This document shows positions 30,899 to 44,354 of a stretch of 64,000 nt of DNA, in pieces. Within the stretch, counting starts at the first letter, position 1. Each line of letters starts with the position of its first letter. The position numbers were made by a program, and so were the translations under genes. The DNA comes from Octopus sinensis. Taxonomy: Eukaryota. The notes beneath the pieces are model-generated. The model did not search any database. It saw only the letters and a program-made list of their open reading frames with translations, and was not told the DNA's origin. The stretch is taken from contig NC_043022.1 in assembly GCF_006345805.1 (NCBI RefSeq), positions 19,096,001 through 19,160,000 on the forward strand. The letters are read 5' to 3'.

Positions 30899-31340
30899 CA
30901 TATATATCAAGATTAATCAGCCGAAATTGTGAGGATGATCCGGTTCTTGACTGAAGATTGAAGGCTTCGATTGTCCCGTCCGTGTTTTTTGTATCGTCTT
31001 CTAAATGTTTTGCGTTCTTGTCCCAGTTTGTATTTTTTTTTTTTTTACATATAAAACAAATGAATTACTTTAACTCACCTCTCAGCTATTCCGTTATTCT
31101 GCTAGCCCGCTACGCTGCTAATACCTTCATGATAAAATTTACCTGCTGCCCCACCGGGAGACAGGATCGAACCTAGCACCATGAAATGATGAAGATAATG
31201 TCTCGAAATCCGAGTAAAATGTTTCTGTAATTTCTTGCTAAACCGCCTACACAGATAAATTGTTTATAAGAATCAAATATTTGCGCTGCACATAAGCCTA
31301 TTTCTTCCATCAAATTAACAATGCCTGTTGTACAGGTATG

Positions 31341-31373
<33 letters not shown>

Positions 31374-31512
31374 ATACATCTAATATAGGATAAAATTTTT
31401 CGAAAAAATTTCTATCAATGGCCAGCATATTAAAAAATACCTTTAAATGTTAAATTCATAAAAACTTATAAACAAGGGCAAAAGAAATTTTTTCTTTTGC
31501 CTTTGTTAAAAA

Positions 31513-31561
<49 letters not shown>

Positions 31562-31787
31562 TTACTCTTTTACTCTTCTTTTACTCTTTTACTTGTTTCA
31601 GCCATTTGACTGCGGCCATACTGGAGCCCCGCCTTTAGTCGAGCAAATCAACCCCGGGACTTATTCTTTGTAAGCCCAGTACTTATTCTATCGGTCTCTT
31701 TTGCCGAACTGCTAAATGACGGGGACGTAAACACACCAGCATCAGTTGTCAAGCAATGCTTGGGGGACAAACACAGACACACAAACA

Positions 31788-31826
<39 letters not shown>

Positions 31827-31827
31827 G

Positions 31828-31863
<36 letters not shown>

Positions 31864-32468
31864 CATATACGACAGGCTTCTTTCAGTTTCCGTCTACCAA
31901 ATCTACTCACAAGGCATTGGTCGGTCCGGGGCTATAGCAGAAGACACTTGCCCAAGATGCCACGCAGTGGGACTGAACCCGGAACCATGTGGTTGGTAAG
32001 CAAGCTACTTATCACATGCATATATACATACATATATGTACATACCTACATATATATATATATATACACGCATATATGGGTACAGGACATAAAAAAGACG
32101 TTGAACACAATGAAAAACGAAAATATAAAAACAAAAATATAGAAACGAACATTTTTTCGAACAACGAAAAAAACCCCAGAGAAACGAGACATACAACATA
32201 AAGAATATTCCCCTTCTTCAGTTGTCCCTGTCTCAACTACTCCACGTTACGAAGGCAAGGACAATATATATATATAAGATTTGCCAAAAGTTACCCGACA
32301 ATGAATCAAAATTCCATAAGCATTTAATATTCAGTTTTATTTATTCTTTCCAATTATGAATGTTTAATTATTGAATGCTGTTAGTTAATATCATGTCTTA
32401 TTAAGTTGTGAAACAATTGTTGTGAAATAAGAATTTCCAATGATTAAATGAATTTTATTATATTATAT

Positions 32469-32794
32469 GGATCTTTTCGGTTTGAACGGCAGTTTTTAAC
32501 ATAATTTCTAGGTGACTAAAAAATTTTAAACTTCGTATACTGGTAGAGTGTGTTTATAAATCATCTTTTTCTCTTGGCTTTATCGAGAAAATTCTATAGT
32601 TTGTAACATATTTGTTGTTTTTTTCTTCAATTTCTGCAATTTCAACCAATCAATGACCGTCTATTGAGGTGAAAACATTCTGTGCCGTATGAATATGTCC
32701 CTCGTTTAAGAAACAGATTGGGTTTATTTACATTTGTGAAGAAAAAAAGATACCCTTCCCCCCACCCCTAACCCTAACTAACCCTAACTCTAAC
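32469..32794 (+). mobile_element. GGATC-TIR MITE copy, truncated
   Basis: Starts GGATCTTTTCGGTTTGAACGGCAGTTTTT and ends in CCCTAA repeats. Confidence 0.85.
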
Positions 32795-35465
32795 GGAAAG
32801 TTCGTGTCGATTCATAGCAGCTTACAGTTGAAAGGAAAGGTAGAAAGAAAAAGAGAAAGAAAAAGTGTTAAGCAGAGGAGGTATAGTTGAAGTGAGTGGC
32901 AGAGCGAGAGAGAGGAGGGACAGAGGTGGAATTAGAGAGAAGGAGAGAGAGAGAGAGAGAGAGAGAGAGTAGTGATTGAAAGGAAGGTGGCGTTTGTTTT
33001 GTGTTTTTAAATGTTTATCAGTATTTTCAAAGTAAGCAGATACATAACCACAGCAAATATTGGATGCTTCTTTAATCTTCCTACAATATAATTAATTACC
33101 GTATTCTATACACTAGGTTCTCAGCCAATATTGGATATTACTTTTACTTTTCTACACTGTAATTGGATGTTACTTTTAAAGATGCTTACATTCTTTTGTG
33201 TTTCGTAGAATTTCCCAGGGTCCTGCTTATAAATAATTATTCGATGGTTATTAAATGAAGTCACTATTTATAGATGCTTACATTTTTTTATGTTTTCCGT
33301 GAATAATAATGATAATGATAATTATGGTTGTCATTGCGTTGCTTAGTTCGTCGCTAACGCTTTTGCGTGATTAAAAAGAAAGAGGGAGAGTAGAAAAAAG
33401 GGAAGGAGGAAAAGAGGGAGAGAGAAGCGTCTGTGACGGGAGGTGGGGGAATGTAATTGTAACGCTTTCCTTTGATTAGCTGAAGCAAAAGAGAGGAGAA
33501 AGAAAAAGGACAGAGAAAAGAGAATAAGGCGAAGAGTGAGACAGAAAGAGGGAGAGAGAAGTGATCATGACGGGAGGTAGACGGAACGTAATATTTATTA
33601 CGTGGTTAAAAAAAATTAGCTGAAGGTAGAGGAAGTCAAAAATATAATTTTAGCAGGTGGGTGATGTTCTGATGGAGAAGTTGAAGAAAGACGCACAGAA
33701 AGGAGAGAGACAGACAGACAGACAGAGAAGGGAGAGAGAAGAGGGAGGGAGAGAGTAAGGAGAGAGTGCAGGGGGAGAGAGAGATGATGATGTGGTAGTG
33801 GTGGTGGGAGTGGTGGAGATTGGATAGTGGAAAGTTTATTTTTATTTTTAATTGAACTAAGTATTTTATATCACCTATCATAAGTGCAATTCCGTGAAAT
33901 ATATGCAATTTAACTAAATGTTTACCATATGCACGGGATATTTTTTCTTGTGCATGAGAAAAATGGAAAAATAAGAATGAATTGTGTGAAGAAATGTCCC
34001 CCCTCCTTTCCCGGTAGTGTGCCGGAGGAGGAAAACAACTCTAAGACAACAATTAACCTGACTACTGAGACCCCCTTCGGTCACGACACAGACCATGGGA
34101 TTGCACCTAAAAAGTTACCTTCCCAGGCACAAGTCCGGCAAGGCTGTTTATGGAAGACCAGCAGTCGCCCATGCATACCAGCCTCCCCTCTCCACACCAC
34201 CAGTGTTATCCAAAAGAAAGGCAACTCATTTCTACAGCTGAGTGAACTGGAACAACGTGAAATAAAGTGTCTTGCTCAAGAACACAACACGCAGCCCGGT
34301 CCGGGATTCGAGCTCACAACCTCACGATCGTGAGCTCGACGCTCTAACCACCGAGCCATGCGCCTGACTACAAGGACCGAATAACAAAATGAAAGTATAA
34401 AAGTGACCTTTGCATCAATAACTATAGTCAACCAAGAGCTTTTAAACATGATCATAACGGAACTAGAGAAATTTAAAACTATATTGAAAAAAGCACGGAA
34501 ATAACGTAAATCTTACCCCCCACTCCTGGGAGAAGTTGTACACACAACTCAGAGGAAGACCATTGTATAGAAGAATCTATCATTAAATTCTAAAAAAATG
34601 GAACTATCTTCTAAGGAAAGCATAGAGAAATGCTTACGATCGATATGGCACGAGACGACCTACGTAGGAAGATGAAAAAATATGGAACCGTAGAAGTTAG
34701 ATTCTCTTCCGAGGAGGAAGCAAAAATACACTCCACAGTCCCTCTAAAGTCGGCAGAGCTGGTACTACTGCCGACTTATCTAGGAAGACGAACTTCGAGA
34801 ATGCATATAGAAGTCCCACCAAAAATCGACGTGGTGTGGCTGGTGGCAGTCGTTCTTCTAGGCTTAGAGGATAAAATGACCTTCCTGCAGGCTACCAAGC
34901 TACACCAGCGAAACTGATGGGGCCAAGGCCTGGATATTTTAATCCAGGCTACTCAATAGGACCTCGATGATCTGCCGGATTTAATACAAGTATCAGACGA
35001 CACCACTCTGCACATTATGGTGGAAGGGCGCAGGCCACGCCGTTACAAATGTGGCCAAAAAGGCCACATTAAAGCTGCGTGCAAGTCTGAAATAGAAGTT
35101 GCAGGCTCCCTTCCACCCACCAATGAAAAACCAACCAAACCACCCACCAACACGACCGCTCCACCTGAAAAGAAAAACAGCAAAAAAGAACCACCCACGA
35201 AGAACAACCAAGAAGAAAACACAAGACATGAACCAAAAAACATAGAAGAAATAGACCCAGATTGGCGTACAGTCAAAAGAAATCGCAAACGAAAAAATCC
35301 CACACCCACCACAGACACTCACACCAGCAACAACCTACCTACTACTCCTCACTATAGACACCCACATCACCTTCCTCAAAAACAGTCATAAACATTACCA
35401 CCATGAACATAATGAATGCCCAACTAACGGAACTAGTCTGCACAAACCCTCGCATATCACCCTAT

Positions 35466-35849
35466 GTGGAAGCACTCCGTCGGTTACTACGACGAGGGTT
35501 CCGGTTGATCCGATCAACGGAACAGCCTGCTCGTGAAATTAACGTGTAAGTGGCTGAGCACTCCACAGACACGTGCACCCTTAACGTAGTTTTCGGGGAT
35601 ATTCAGCGTGACACAGAGAGTGACAAGGCCGGCCCTTTGAAATACAGGTATAACAGAAACAGGAAGTAAGAGTGAAAGAAAGTTGTGGTGAAAGAGTACA
35701 GCAGGGATCACCACCATCCCCTGTCGGAGCCTCGTGGAACTTTAGGTGTTTTCGCTCAATAAACACTCACAACGGCCGGTCTGGGAATCGAAACCGCGAT
35801 CCTACGACCGCGAGTCCGCTGCCCTAACCACTGGGCCATTGCGCCTCCA
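35466..35849 (-). mobile_element. SINE (family C-type head) with 13-bp TSD CATATCACCCTAT
   Basis: TSD at 35453-35465 and 35850-35862. Confidence 0.9.
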
Positions 35850-35932
35850 CATATCACCCTATATTGTAACTCCAAACCACAATATACCAGAGCACATAAA
35901 AGTTTATCTACGTTGATAGCAAGACTTATATT

Positions 35933-36234
35933 CTTTGTTCCTTCTCGAGCTTTGCCTGGCTCATAAGGGCTGGTTTCCCGGTTTCTTGGCGTATAGGTTC
36001 CCCACCTGGACGGGACGCCGGTCCATCGCAGGTGAGCGGCAAGATGCAGGAGGAAAGAGCGAGAGAAAGTTGTGGCGAAAGAGTCAGCAGAAGTTTCGCC
36101 ATTACCTTCTGTCGGAGCTGCGGGGAGCTTAGGTGCTTCGCTCTTAAACACACACATCGTCTGGTCTGAGATTCGAACCCGCAATCCCTCGACCCCGAGT
36201 CCACTGCTCTAACCACTAGGCCATGTGCCTCTAC
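35933..36234 (-). mobile_element. SINE family C with 14-bp TSD GCAAGACTTATATT
   Basis: TSD at 35919-35932 and 36235-36248. Confidence 0.9.
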
Positions 36235-36436
36235 GCAAGACTTATATTGATATACAATGAAAAATTTCCTAAAGACGTTGGGCCGCTGCAGCGGATATTT
36301 ACCACTCACTTATACGCCCAGTTCACGAAAGATACCCCACAAGCCGCAGAAGTGGGGGAGCTACTCGCACTCTCCCACACCAAATCAAAGTAAGTTTTTA
36401 CTATCATGTTTTCGCTCAAGCTCGGTTGCGTGAATG

Positions 36437-36784
36437 GGATCTTTTCGGTTTGAACGGCAGTTTTTTAAAATAATTTCCACGTAACTAAACACTTTTAAAC
36501 TTCGTATACTGGTAGAATGTGTTTATAAAACATCTTTTTCTCTTGGCTTTATTGAGAAAATTCTATGGTTTGTAAGGTATTTGCTGTTTTTTTTCTTCAA
36601 TTTCTGCAATTTCAACCAATCAATGGCGTCTATTGAGGTAAAAAAAAAACATTCTGTGCCGTATGAATATTCCCTCGTTTAAGAAACAGATTGGGTTTAT
36701 TTACACTTGTGAAGAAAAAAAGATACCCTTCCCCCCACGCCTAACCCTAACCCCAAAACAGATTGAAATGCAATAGATCGATAC
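36437..36784 (+). mobile_element. GGATC-TIR MITE (truncated) inserted in the Tx1 ORF2 start
   Basis: Family TIR at 36437. TGAATG occurs on both sides (36431-36436, 36785-36790). Confidence 0.85.
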
Positions 36785-37234
36785 TGAATGTGCGTGAACT
36801 GAGTTCGAAATATAAACAGAATTATTTACTAAACGATCTCAGGGGACTACGTCTGGATGTGACACCAGCATTAGGTAAATATTAGAGACACCAAATAAAA
36901 AGAAAGATAAGGCTGGAAAGAGAGAGAGCTGTTACCATCACGAATATTTGAAAAAGTATGGATGCACGTGGAGCGCATGATGCGTTAAAAGTGACCGACT
37001 TGAGCAGGAAAATAAAAGTTCCCTAAGAGAAGTAATGTTGGTGCGTGGCTTGTAGTGTCACCAGGCCCCTCACTTCATATCACCCCTTTCATTCGTACTC
37101 CATCTTATTAATTTTTATCCGCGCATGTTTTATGTCTTGGACCCTCTCTTTGTATTGTCTTGTTATCGTCTCCTCTATGTACAGCCCATGTGGCTAATAT
37201 AAAATAAAGGGTTCAAATATTTGTGCCGAATATG

Positions 37235-37441
37235 AGTTCACTACCTTCATCAATTCGACGTTACCTGCGCAAATGCATTATGTACCCATACGTCACGTGT
37301 CAAAGTGATCGCAGAGAACAACGCACCGCCCAGTCTAGGAACAGAAACCACGATCTCGTGAGTGTGCGTGCAACACCTTAAACGCTAAGCCATGTGCCCT
37401 CACACACCGTGAAATACAGCCAGCTTCAAAAATAAGGCAGA
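37235..37441 (-). repeat. About 205-bp SINE-like segment, inverted duplicate of 41866-42070
   Basis: The reverse complement is nearly identical to 41866-42070, including the upstream TTATTTTT(G/A)AAGCTGGCTGTATTTCACGG. Confidence 0.85.
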
Positions 37442-40400
37442 TAAATTAACAGAAAAGTATATATATATATATATTCAGATAAATATGGTACTTAAGTTGA
37501 GGCACCAGAATTTAGTACGGTACTATCCATACAATTTCAAAATAAGGTGATTAAAATCAAAATAAGCAACAAGGATATAGAAATGGCAAGGCAACAAAAG
37601 AATGAAAGAGACCTCGATATTATATAAATAGAGGAATTTATCTGTAACTATAATATGTGGCAATCATTCGGTAGCCATGATATATATATATATATATAAA
37701 TTATAATTTACGGTATCTAAGAGATACCACCACGCTGGAAATAGCAGCCAAAACTTGACTCTAAAACCACATTAAATGTTCATACAGCACCAGCTCCTCG
37801 TTCTGTATGAACGATGGCTAGCCAACGAATCAAGTCAACGCACAAGACAGCCGTTATGCTCCCCCACCCACAAAACACCACCACGTGGACTCTGTTGAGA
37901 CTAGTAAGAAACAATTATGAACTTTTTTATTACACTTAACTTTTTAAAATATTTTTGATAAGGTTCGCTTTCAAGAAGAAACGAAACATGTAAAATTTCT
38001 AAGAAAATTAAAATTAATCTTATATAGTGGCGTCTTCAAACTTCTTTTATATATATATATATACATATATATATATAGTAGAAATATGTTACGAAAAGAA
38101 AATATAAAATACACGTGGAAATGTAAGGGTAAAATATGAAAAATCAGCGAAAATGCATATTGCAAATAGAAAAAGGCTATTTATGACAGGTGGTGACAAA
38201 TATATACATTTAGATTGACTGAGGTAGTAATACGAGTCATTAAGGTCATTATTATGAGATGATTATAAGATGATAATAATAATAAAGTAAGAGAACAAAA
38301 CGAACCAATTGGTTTACGCGAAGGCTATTCATCGTTTGAACAACACCGGTTAATATACGGTGTTAGGTCTAATAGTTCCTGAGAAAAAAGATTATTTGTA
38401 AGGGAGGTAAGTAGTTCTGGATTATTTTTAAGGGAGGTAAGTAGTTCTGGAATTAGTGATGTGAGTGATGTAGGTAGTGTATAGGGTTAGTGGTTTAAAT
38501 TGAAGAGTTAGCGGTGTTCTGTATTGAGTTGTGTGTTCATATTTAGTTGGGGGAGAAATTTGTTGATGAAAAATGCCTCTTTATTCAACCTTTGTTGCAT
38601 TGTGGTGTTCTGTGAGCATTGGTAAAAGGGAAATATTTGGAAATTGGGATTAAGATTCCTGGCACATCTTTCTATGTGTTCACTCACCTTTAACTGTCTG
38701 TATTGTGGGTGACGGATTTGCTCTTTGTGAATGGTGATTCTTTGACGGAGCGAAATTCCTGTTTGTCCAATATAGAGTTTACCACATCCTATGCATGTCA
38801 TGACATAGATTACATTTGCTGAGGCGCAGGTGAAATTTGATTTGATCTTCAATATTTCTCCTTGTTTGAATTGGAATTCTGAACCCTCCAGAAGGTGGGG
38901 GCATGTTCCACAGTTAGAACGTCCACATTTTGTCGCTTTTGGCTCAGTAGTTAGTGGGTAAAGTCTAGCGCTGGTTAATATTCTTTTCAGTGACTTCGGT
39001 TGCTTTTTGCTTTTTATAATTTTATATGAGCTTAAAGTTTCGTTCATTGTTTTGTCTGCTGTGAGGATGGGAAGGTTTTGGGTGATGATGTTGAAGGCTT
39101 CGTTGTTTCTGGGGTTATGTGTGGAGATGTACGGGAGTATTTTTAAGTCTTGTTTAGTATTTCGGCTAGTTTTCCTTAATCTTTGTATATCTATTCCCTT
39201 AGCTCTTTTGATGCCTTCATTTATTAATAAGATTGGGTATTGTCTTTTAGTTAGTGTAGATCCAAGTTCAAGGAGTCTATGTTCACGAGTGTATGTATCG
39301 GAAACTATGGTGCAGATTCTTTTTGCTAGGTTAAAGGGTATGTTGATTTTTATGTGTTTAGGGTGGCAGGAGTTAAATAATAGGTATTGTTTAGAGTCTG
39401 TGGGTTTATAAAAGATGTCTGTTTCTATGTGGTTGTTAACTATTCTAATTAAGATGTCTAGAAAAGGTAGTTGCTTACTGTTGTGTTCCATAGTGAATTG
39501 TATATTGCTGTGTATGTTGTTGAGCATTCTTTTGAAATCAAGGAGTTGATCCATGCTATATTGCCAAAGTATGAAGCAATCATCTAAATATCTCTTCCAG
39601 TTCTCCTTTAAGTAGCAATTGAAAGAGGCGCCATATTTTTCTAGTGATGATTGGTATAACTTAAGTTCGTGGTAACCCATTACGAGGTTTGCAATCACTG
39701 GAGCAGCTCTGGTCCCCATTGCAATTCTGCACTTCTGTCGATAGTAAGTAGTATCGAACAAGAAATGATTGTTCAACAGGACGAATTTCGGTGCTTCAAT
39801 TATAAAATTGTGGTTAATTCGTCCTGGGATCTCTTCTGGGTGTTTTTCTAGCCAAAATGTGATTGCTTCTATACCATAGTCGTGTGGGATATTAGTGTAT
39901 AGATTCACCACTTCGAAAGATACTAGTAGAGTTCCGTCCTTTACTGTCTTCGGGAGGTGGTTCAGCATGTCTAGGTCATCCCTGATATAGCTTTTCACAT
40001 ATTTTAAAAGAGGTTTGAGTAATATGTCAAGGAAGTTACTCAAACGGTGGGTTTCGCAAGAAGGGCCAGCTATGATGGGTCTGAGTTTGAGGTCAGTAGG
40101 TGGAGGGACATTAATGCATAGGCTTGTAGAGACTTTGCAGGCTTCGCAAATGAGTGGATTTTTAAGTATCTTGGGTAATCCGTAGAATAGACTAGGACTG
40201 TATTTGAAATTGGATAGATAGTCAATTTCATGTGTTGTAAGACCCTTTCCGTGAATTTGGAGTAAGGAGGATAAGTTTTTCAGTGTTTTCTGTGGGTTGT
40301 AATATCTTAGTTTTTCATAGTAAGTATTATTTTCCAAAATGGAAAGTATTAAATTTTTGTAGTACTCTGTATCCATCAATACTACCGCACTTCATTTGTC

Positions 40401-40957
40401 GGCTTCTTTAATGAGGTTTATGTCATTTTTTTAGCTCGACAAGGTCTTTCCATTCGTTTAAATTAAGGTTGGATTTGATATGTTGTTTTGGAATGGCATT
40501 GTAAGGAAAACTGTGGTTGCAGAACAAACAAATACAAGGTCATCCACGTAACATTTCATATCTCGAACACTTAATCACATAATGCTTTTTCTTTCACATA
40601 GAATATACATGTATAACATCAGTACAAGCATATAAGAAAATACAAGAAAAATGCGTGAATACAGTTCATCTCGGTTAAAAGTTAACGATTAATACTTTAG
40701 CGATTAAGAAATATATAGTTTTTAAAAAACATTACAACACCTAGAATAATAAAAATATAAGAAATATATAAATATATAGATATTAAAAATACATATATAA
40801 ATATAGGAAGCATATAAATAAGTAATATATAATATATAAGGTCAGATAAAAGTTCATCGTTTAGAAATTTTTTTCCGATTAAAAATTACTTTTTAGATAA
40901 GGAAAACCTATAGTTAAAAGCCAGTGTCCAAGCAAAAATGAAGAAACCATATTTACA

Positions 40958-41039
40958 TTCCCTATGGCCATTTCAGGGGTACATCACTGCATTTAATGCA
41001 CGAGAGTGCATCACAATAATTACTCCTTCGTCGGGGGAA
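40958..41039 (-). ncRNA. Hammerhead motif upstream of the Penelope ORF (element sense)
   Basis: ttccc-CCGACGA-aggag...cccct-GAAA-TGGCCA-T-A/gggaa. 5-bp stem I and ATGGCCAT palindromic stem III. The inverted partial copy at about 41115-41135 keeps the canonical CTGACGA. Confidence 0.65.
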
Positions 41040-41149
41040 AAATACAGAAACAGACATCACGTACCAGGGCAATTAAGGAGGTCTCACCCTGGTACGTGAT
41101 GTCTGTTTCTTTATTTTCCCCCTGACGAAGGAGTAATTATTATGATGCA
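41007..41149. repeat. 63-bp inverted repeat with 17-nt loop at the Penelope 5' end
   Basis: 41007-41069 versus 41087-41149, few mismatches. Confidence 0.92.
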
Positions 41150-41306
41150 GGATAAAATTTTGAAAAAGAAATTCTATCAATGTCCAGCATATTAGAAAAT
41201 ACCTTTAAAGGTTAAATGTATAAACAATTTATAAGTAAGAGCAAAAGAAAAAAATTCTAATGCCTATGTCTATTTTTGGCATTAGAATTTTTTCTTTTGC
41301 CCTTAT

Positions 41307-41365
<59 letters not shown>

Positions 41366-41495
41366 GAAGAGATGACCCTCTATAGGACTTCTTACATGCT
41401 GGAAGGGGTAGTTACAACCCAAACCACGAAAAAAGTTCTTAGAGCACGCTGTGTGTGGAAACTAGAATGAATAAAGTTTCGATGAACATGATACC

Positions 41496-41859
41496 CCTGA
41501 AATTCGCTATTAATGACCAAAAAATTCAATTAACGAATTGATCAATTATCCATCTGTAGCTCGTCAGTAAGGTCACTGGGGAAATTGAATAATTATGAAA
41601 CTGAAATACGTACAAAGAAAACACGCACGCAGTCAGTTCCATCTTTATACATCATGGATTCCACTCTAGTGTCTCAACGTGATAAGTCAGAATAGCACGG
41701 AAAGATGGACCTAAGTGCGCGCCTGTTTACTTTATGTTCTCAGTAAGTATTTCAGTTTCATAATTATACATTTTTCCAGCGACCTTACTGACGCGCTACA
41801 GATGGTTAATTGATCAATTCATTAATTGAATTTTTTGGTCATTAATAGCGAAATTCAGG
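41496..41859. repeat. About 113-bp inverted repeat (41496-41609 / 41747-41859)
   Basis: The arms are reverse-complementary. Each contains CTGACG(A/C)gcta...tagcGAA. Confidence 0.88.
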
Positions 41860-42084
41860 AGTAATTATTTTTAAAGCTGGCTGTATTTCACGGTGTGTGA
41901 GGGCACGTGGTTTAGCGTTTAAGGTGTTGCACGCACACTCACGAGATCGTGGTTTCAGTTCCTAGACTGGGCGGTGCGTTGTTCTCTGCGATCACTTCGA
42001 AACGTGACGTATGGGTACATAATGCATTTGCGCAGGCAACGTCAAATTGATGAAGGTAGTGAACTCATATACTGGATATTAAAA

Positions 42085-42271
42085 GTTTCAGGGTATTTGC
42101 CCTTTATCAATGTAGAGTAGCCGAACCCAGAAATATTAATAAATCTATTTATGAAAACCAGTGGATGTATTCCACTGACTTTTAGGTAAATATTCCTTCG
42201 AACAGACGCTCAGTAGCGACACCTGCTGGGTTCGGTAACTCTACATTGATAAAGGGCAAATACCCTCAAAC
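42085..42271. repeat. 46-bp inverted repeat (42085-42130 / 42226-42271) with a decayed hammerhead-like core
   Basis: The arms contain TTGATAA-aggg[caaata]ccct-(G/C)AAA. The + copy continues CTAG-TC. Confidence 0.8.
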
Positions 42272-42449
42272 TAGTCTGCAGATGCCAGACCAACAAGGGG
42301 AAGCGGCTGACCTCCCCTGTTCGAAAGTTATAATGGCCACAGGTTTGTGTGTCACATAGCTAGCTAGAGGTGATGACCTCTTGGAGCTAATCAACGGCAG
42401 CATTCATCCTAATTTTCTGGATTGCCATGTTAGCTTGCCATATTAACTA

Positions 42450-42507
<58 letters not shown>

Positions 42508-42513
42508 TATATA

Positions 42514-42549
<36 letters not shown>

Positions 42550-42715
42550 TGTATGTATGTATGCATGCATGCATGTTTGTATGTAAGTATGTATGTATGT
42601 ATGTATGTATGTATGTATGTATGTACGTATGTATGTATGTATGTATGTATAGCTCTGGGCCAACCAAAGCCTTGTGAGTGGATTTGGTAGACGGAAACTG
42701 AAAGAATCTCATCGT

Positions 42716-43136
42716 ATAGGCGCAGGAGTGGCTGTGTGGTAAGTAGCTTGCTTACCAACCACATGGTTCCGGGTTCAGTCCCACTGCGTGGCACCTTGGG
42801 CAAGTGTCTTCTACTATAGCTTCGGGCCGACCAAAGCCTTGTGAGTTGATTTGGTAGACGGAAACTGAAAGAAGCCCGTTGTATATATGTATATATATAT
42901 ATATGTGTGTGTGTGTTTGTCTGTCTGTGTTTGTCCCCTCCCCAACATCGCTTGACAACCGATGCTGGTGTGTTTACGTTCCCGTAACTTAGCGGTTCGG
43001 CAAAAGAGACCGATAGAATAAGTACTAGACTTACAAAGAATAAGTCCTGGGGTCGATTTGCTCGACTAAAAGGCGCTGCTCCAGCATAGCCGCAGTCAAA
43101 TGACTGAAACAAGTAAAAGAGTAAAGAGTAAAGAGA

Positions 43137-43138
<2 letters not shown>
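42716..43138 (+). mobile_element. SINE family A, full-length
   Basis: GGCGCAGGAGTGGCTGTGTGG...GACTGAAACAAGTAAAAGAGTAAAGAG. Confidence 0.9.
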
Positions 43139-43188
<50 letters not shown>

Positions 43189-43512
43189 ATATCCCCATCA
43201 CCACTTGACAGCAGGTGTTGCCGTGTTTGCGTCCCCGTAACTTTGCGGTTCACCAAAACATTGAATAGACGTCTATTCTGTGTTTCGAAGGTAAAGGCAA
43301 GACACGACTTCATGGAAGCAGTCCTTCTCCCAAAGCAAATTAAATAAAATTTGAGATTTTTGCGGAGGAGTAAAAGTGGTAACAAAAACAGGACAGTAAA
43401 GACAATACAAATAAAAACAGTAAAATACAGGACAAGAAGAATAACAATAACACAAACATTAAGAGCTGTTAAGCCTGAATGAAAGAAAAATGAATACATA
43501 TATGTATGTACG

Positions 43513-43546
<34 letters not shown>

Positions 43547-43990
43547 TGTATGTATGTATGTATGTATGTATGTATGTATGTATGTATCTATGTATGTATG
43601 TATATAGGTGCAAGCGTAGCTATGTGGTAAGAAGCCTGCTTCCCCACTACATGGTTCTGGGTTGAGCCTCACTGCATGGTGCCTTGGGCCAGTGATTTCT
43701 ATCATAGCCACCGGCCGACCAAAGTCTTGTGGGTAGATTTGGTAGACGGAAACTGAAAAAATTCTGTCATATATGTATGTGTGTATGTGTGTGTGTGTGT
43801 GCTTGTCTTTGGGTCTGTGTTTGTTCTCCCATCATCGCTTGACGCCCGGTGTTGGTGTATTTAGATCCCCGTAACTTAACGGTTCGGCAAAAGGGAGACG
43901 GATAGAATTGATACTAGTCTTTAAAAAATTAGTCCTGGGATCGATTTGTTCGACTAAACATGGCCGTAGTCAAATAACTGAAACAAGTAA

Positions 43991-44354
43991 TCTCTCTATA
44001 TATAAATGGCAAAATGTCTGCGTGCGTGTCCTTTATACAAATCCACAATTTTTCAGTTAGAGGGCTCGCACTTTCTATGGTCATTCAAAACCGCCCAAGG
44101 GTGGTCGTGCACATCTTTACATTTCTCCAGTCACCCCGCAAAGCCATTAAAAAATCGATAGAAGTGACTTTTTTGTGAATTTTCTATCCAAAACTCAATC
44201 AAAATGCCTGAAACTTGATACGTCAATTGGATGCCAGCTAGCTGTATGTGATTGGTGGAAGATTTGGACAGTACTCGCGTGTATGTGCGCACGCACGTAG
44301 CTGTATATGCATGCACTAGCACTATGACCTGGCGTTGCCGGGTCATAGTGCCAG
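43991..44354 (+). mobile_element. Non-autonomous Helitron-like element
   Basis: A|TC start with TATATAAA. Long 3' hairpin CTAGCACTATGACCTGGC-GTT-GCCGGGTCATAGTGCCAG followed by T (CTAG>CCAG). Confidence 0.6.

Larger units (their letters stand above)
34370..37210 (+). mobile_element. Internally deleted Tx1 LINE (ORF1, start of ORF2, 3' tail) carrying two SINEs and one MITE
   Basis: ORF1 has KYGTVEVRF and VEGRRPRRYKCGQKGHIKAAC. After removing the inserts, ORF2 starts at 36406: MFSLKLGCVN|VRELSSKYKQNYLLNDLRGLRLD (compare MIKIGCVNARGL..RYLLNDIK). 3' tail CAGCCCATGTGGCTAATATAAAATAAA at 37182-37208. Confidence 0.8.
38290..41150 (-). mobile_element. Penelope-like element (RT + GIY-YIG endonuclease), near-intact ORF 38508-40379
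   Basis: RT motifs LRPIIAGPSCET, NLYTNIP, AMGTRAAPVIANL and RYLDD. GIY-YIG domain VIYVMTCIGCGKLYIGQT..LRQRITIH..E..FIN..LN. Upstream in-frame stop in DK*SAVV (40392-94) and FDV>FEV at 39912-14. Confidence 0.93.

Noticed and set aside
36257-36395. Candidate exon ending CAAA|GTAAGT
   Set aside because: Explained as the Tx1 ORF1 C-terminus just before the ORF2 ATG at 36406.
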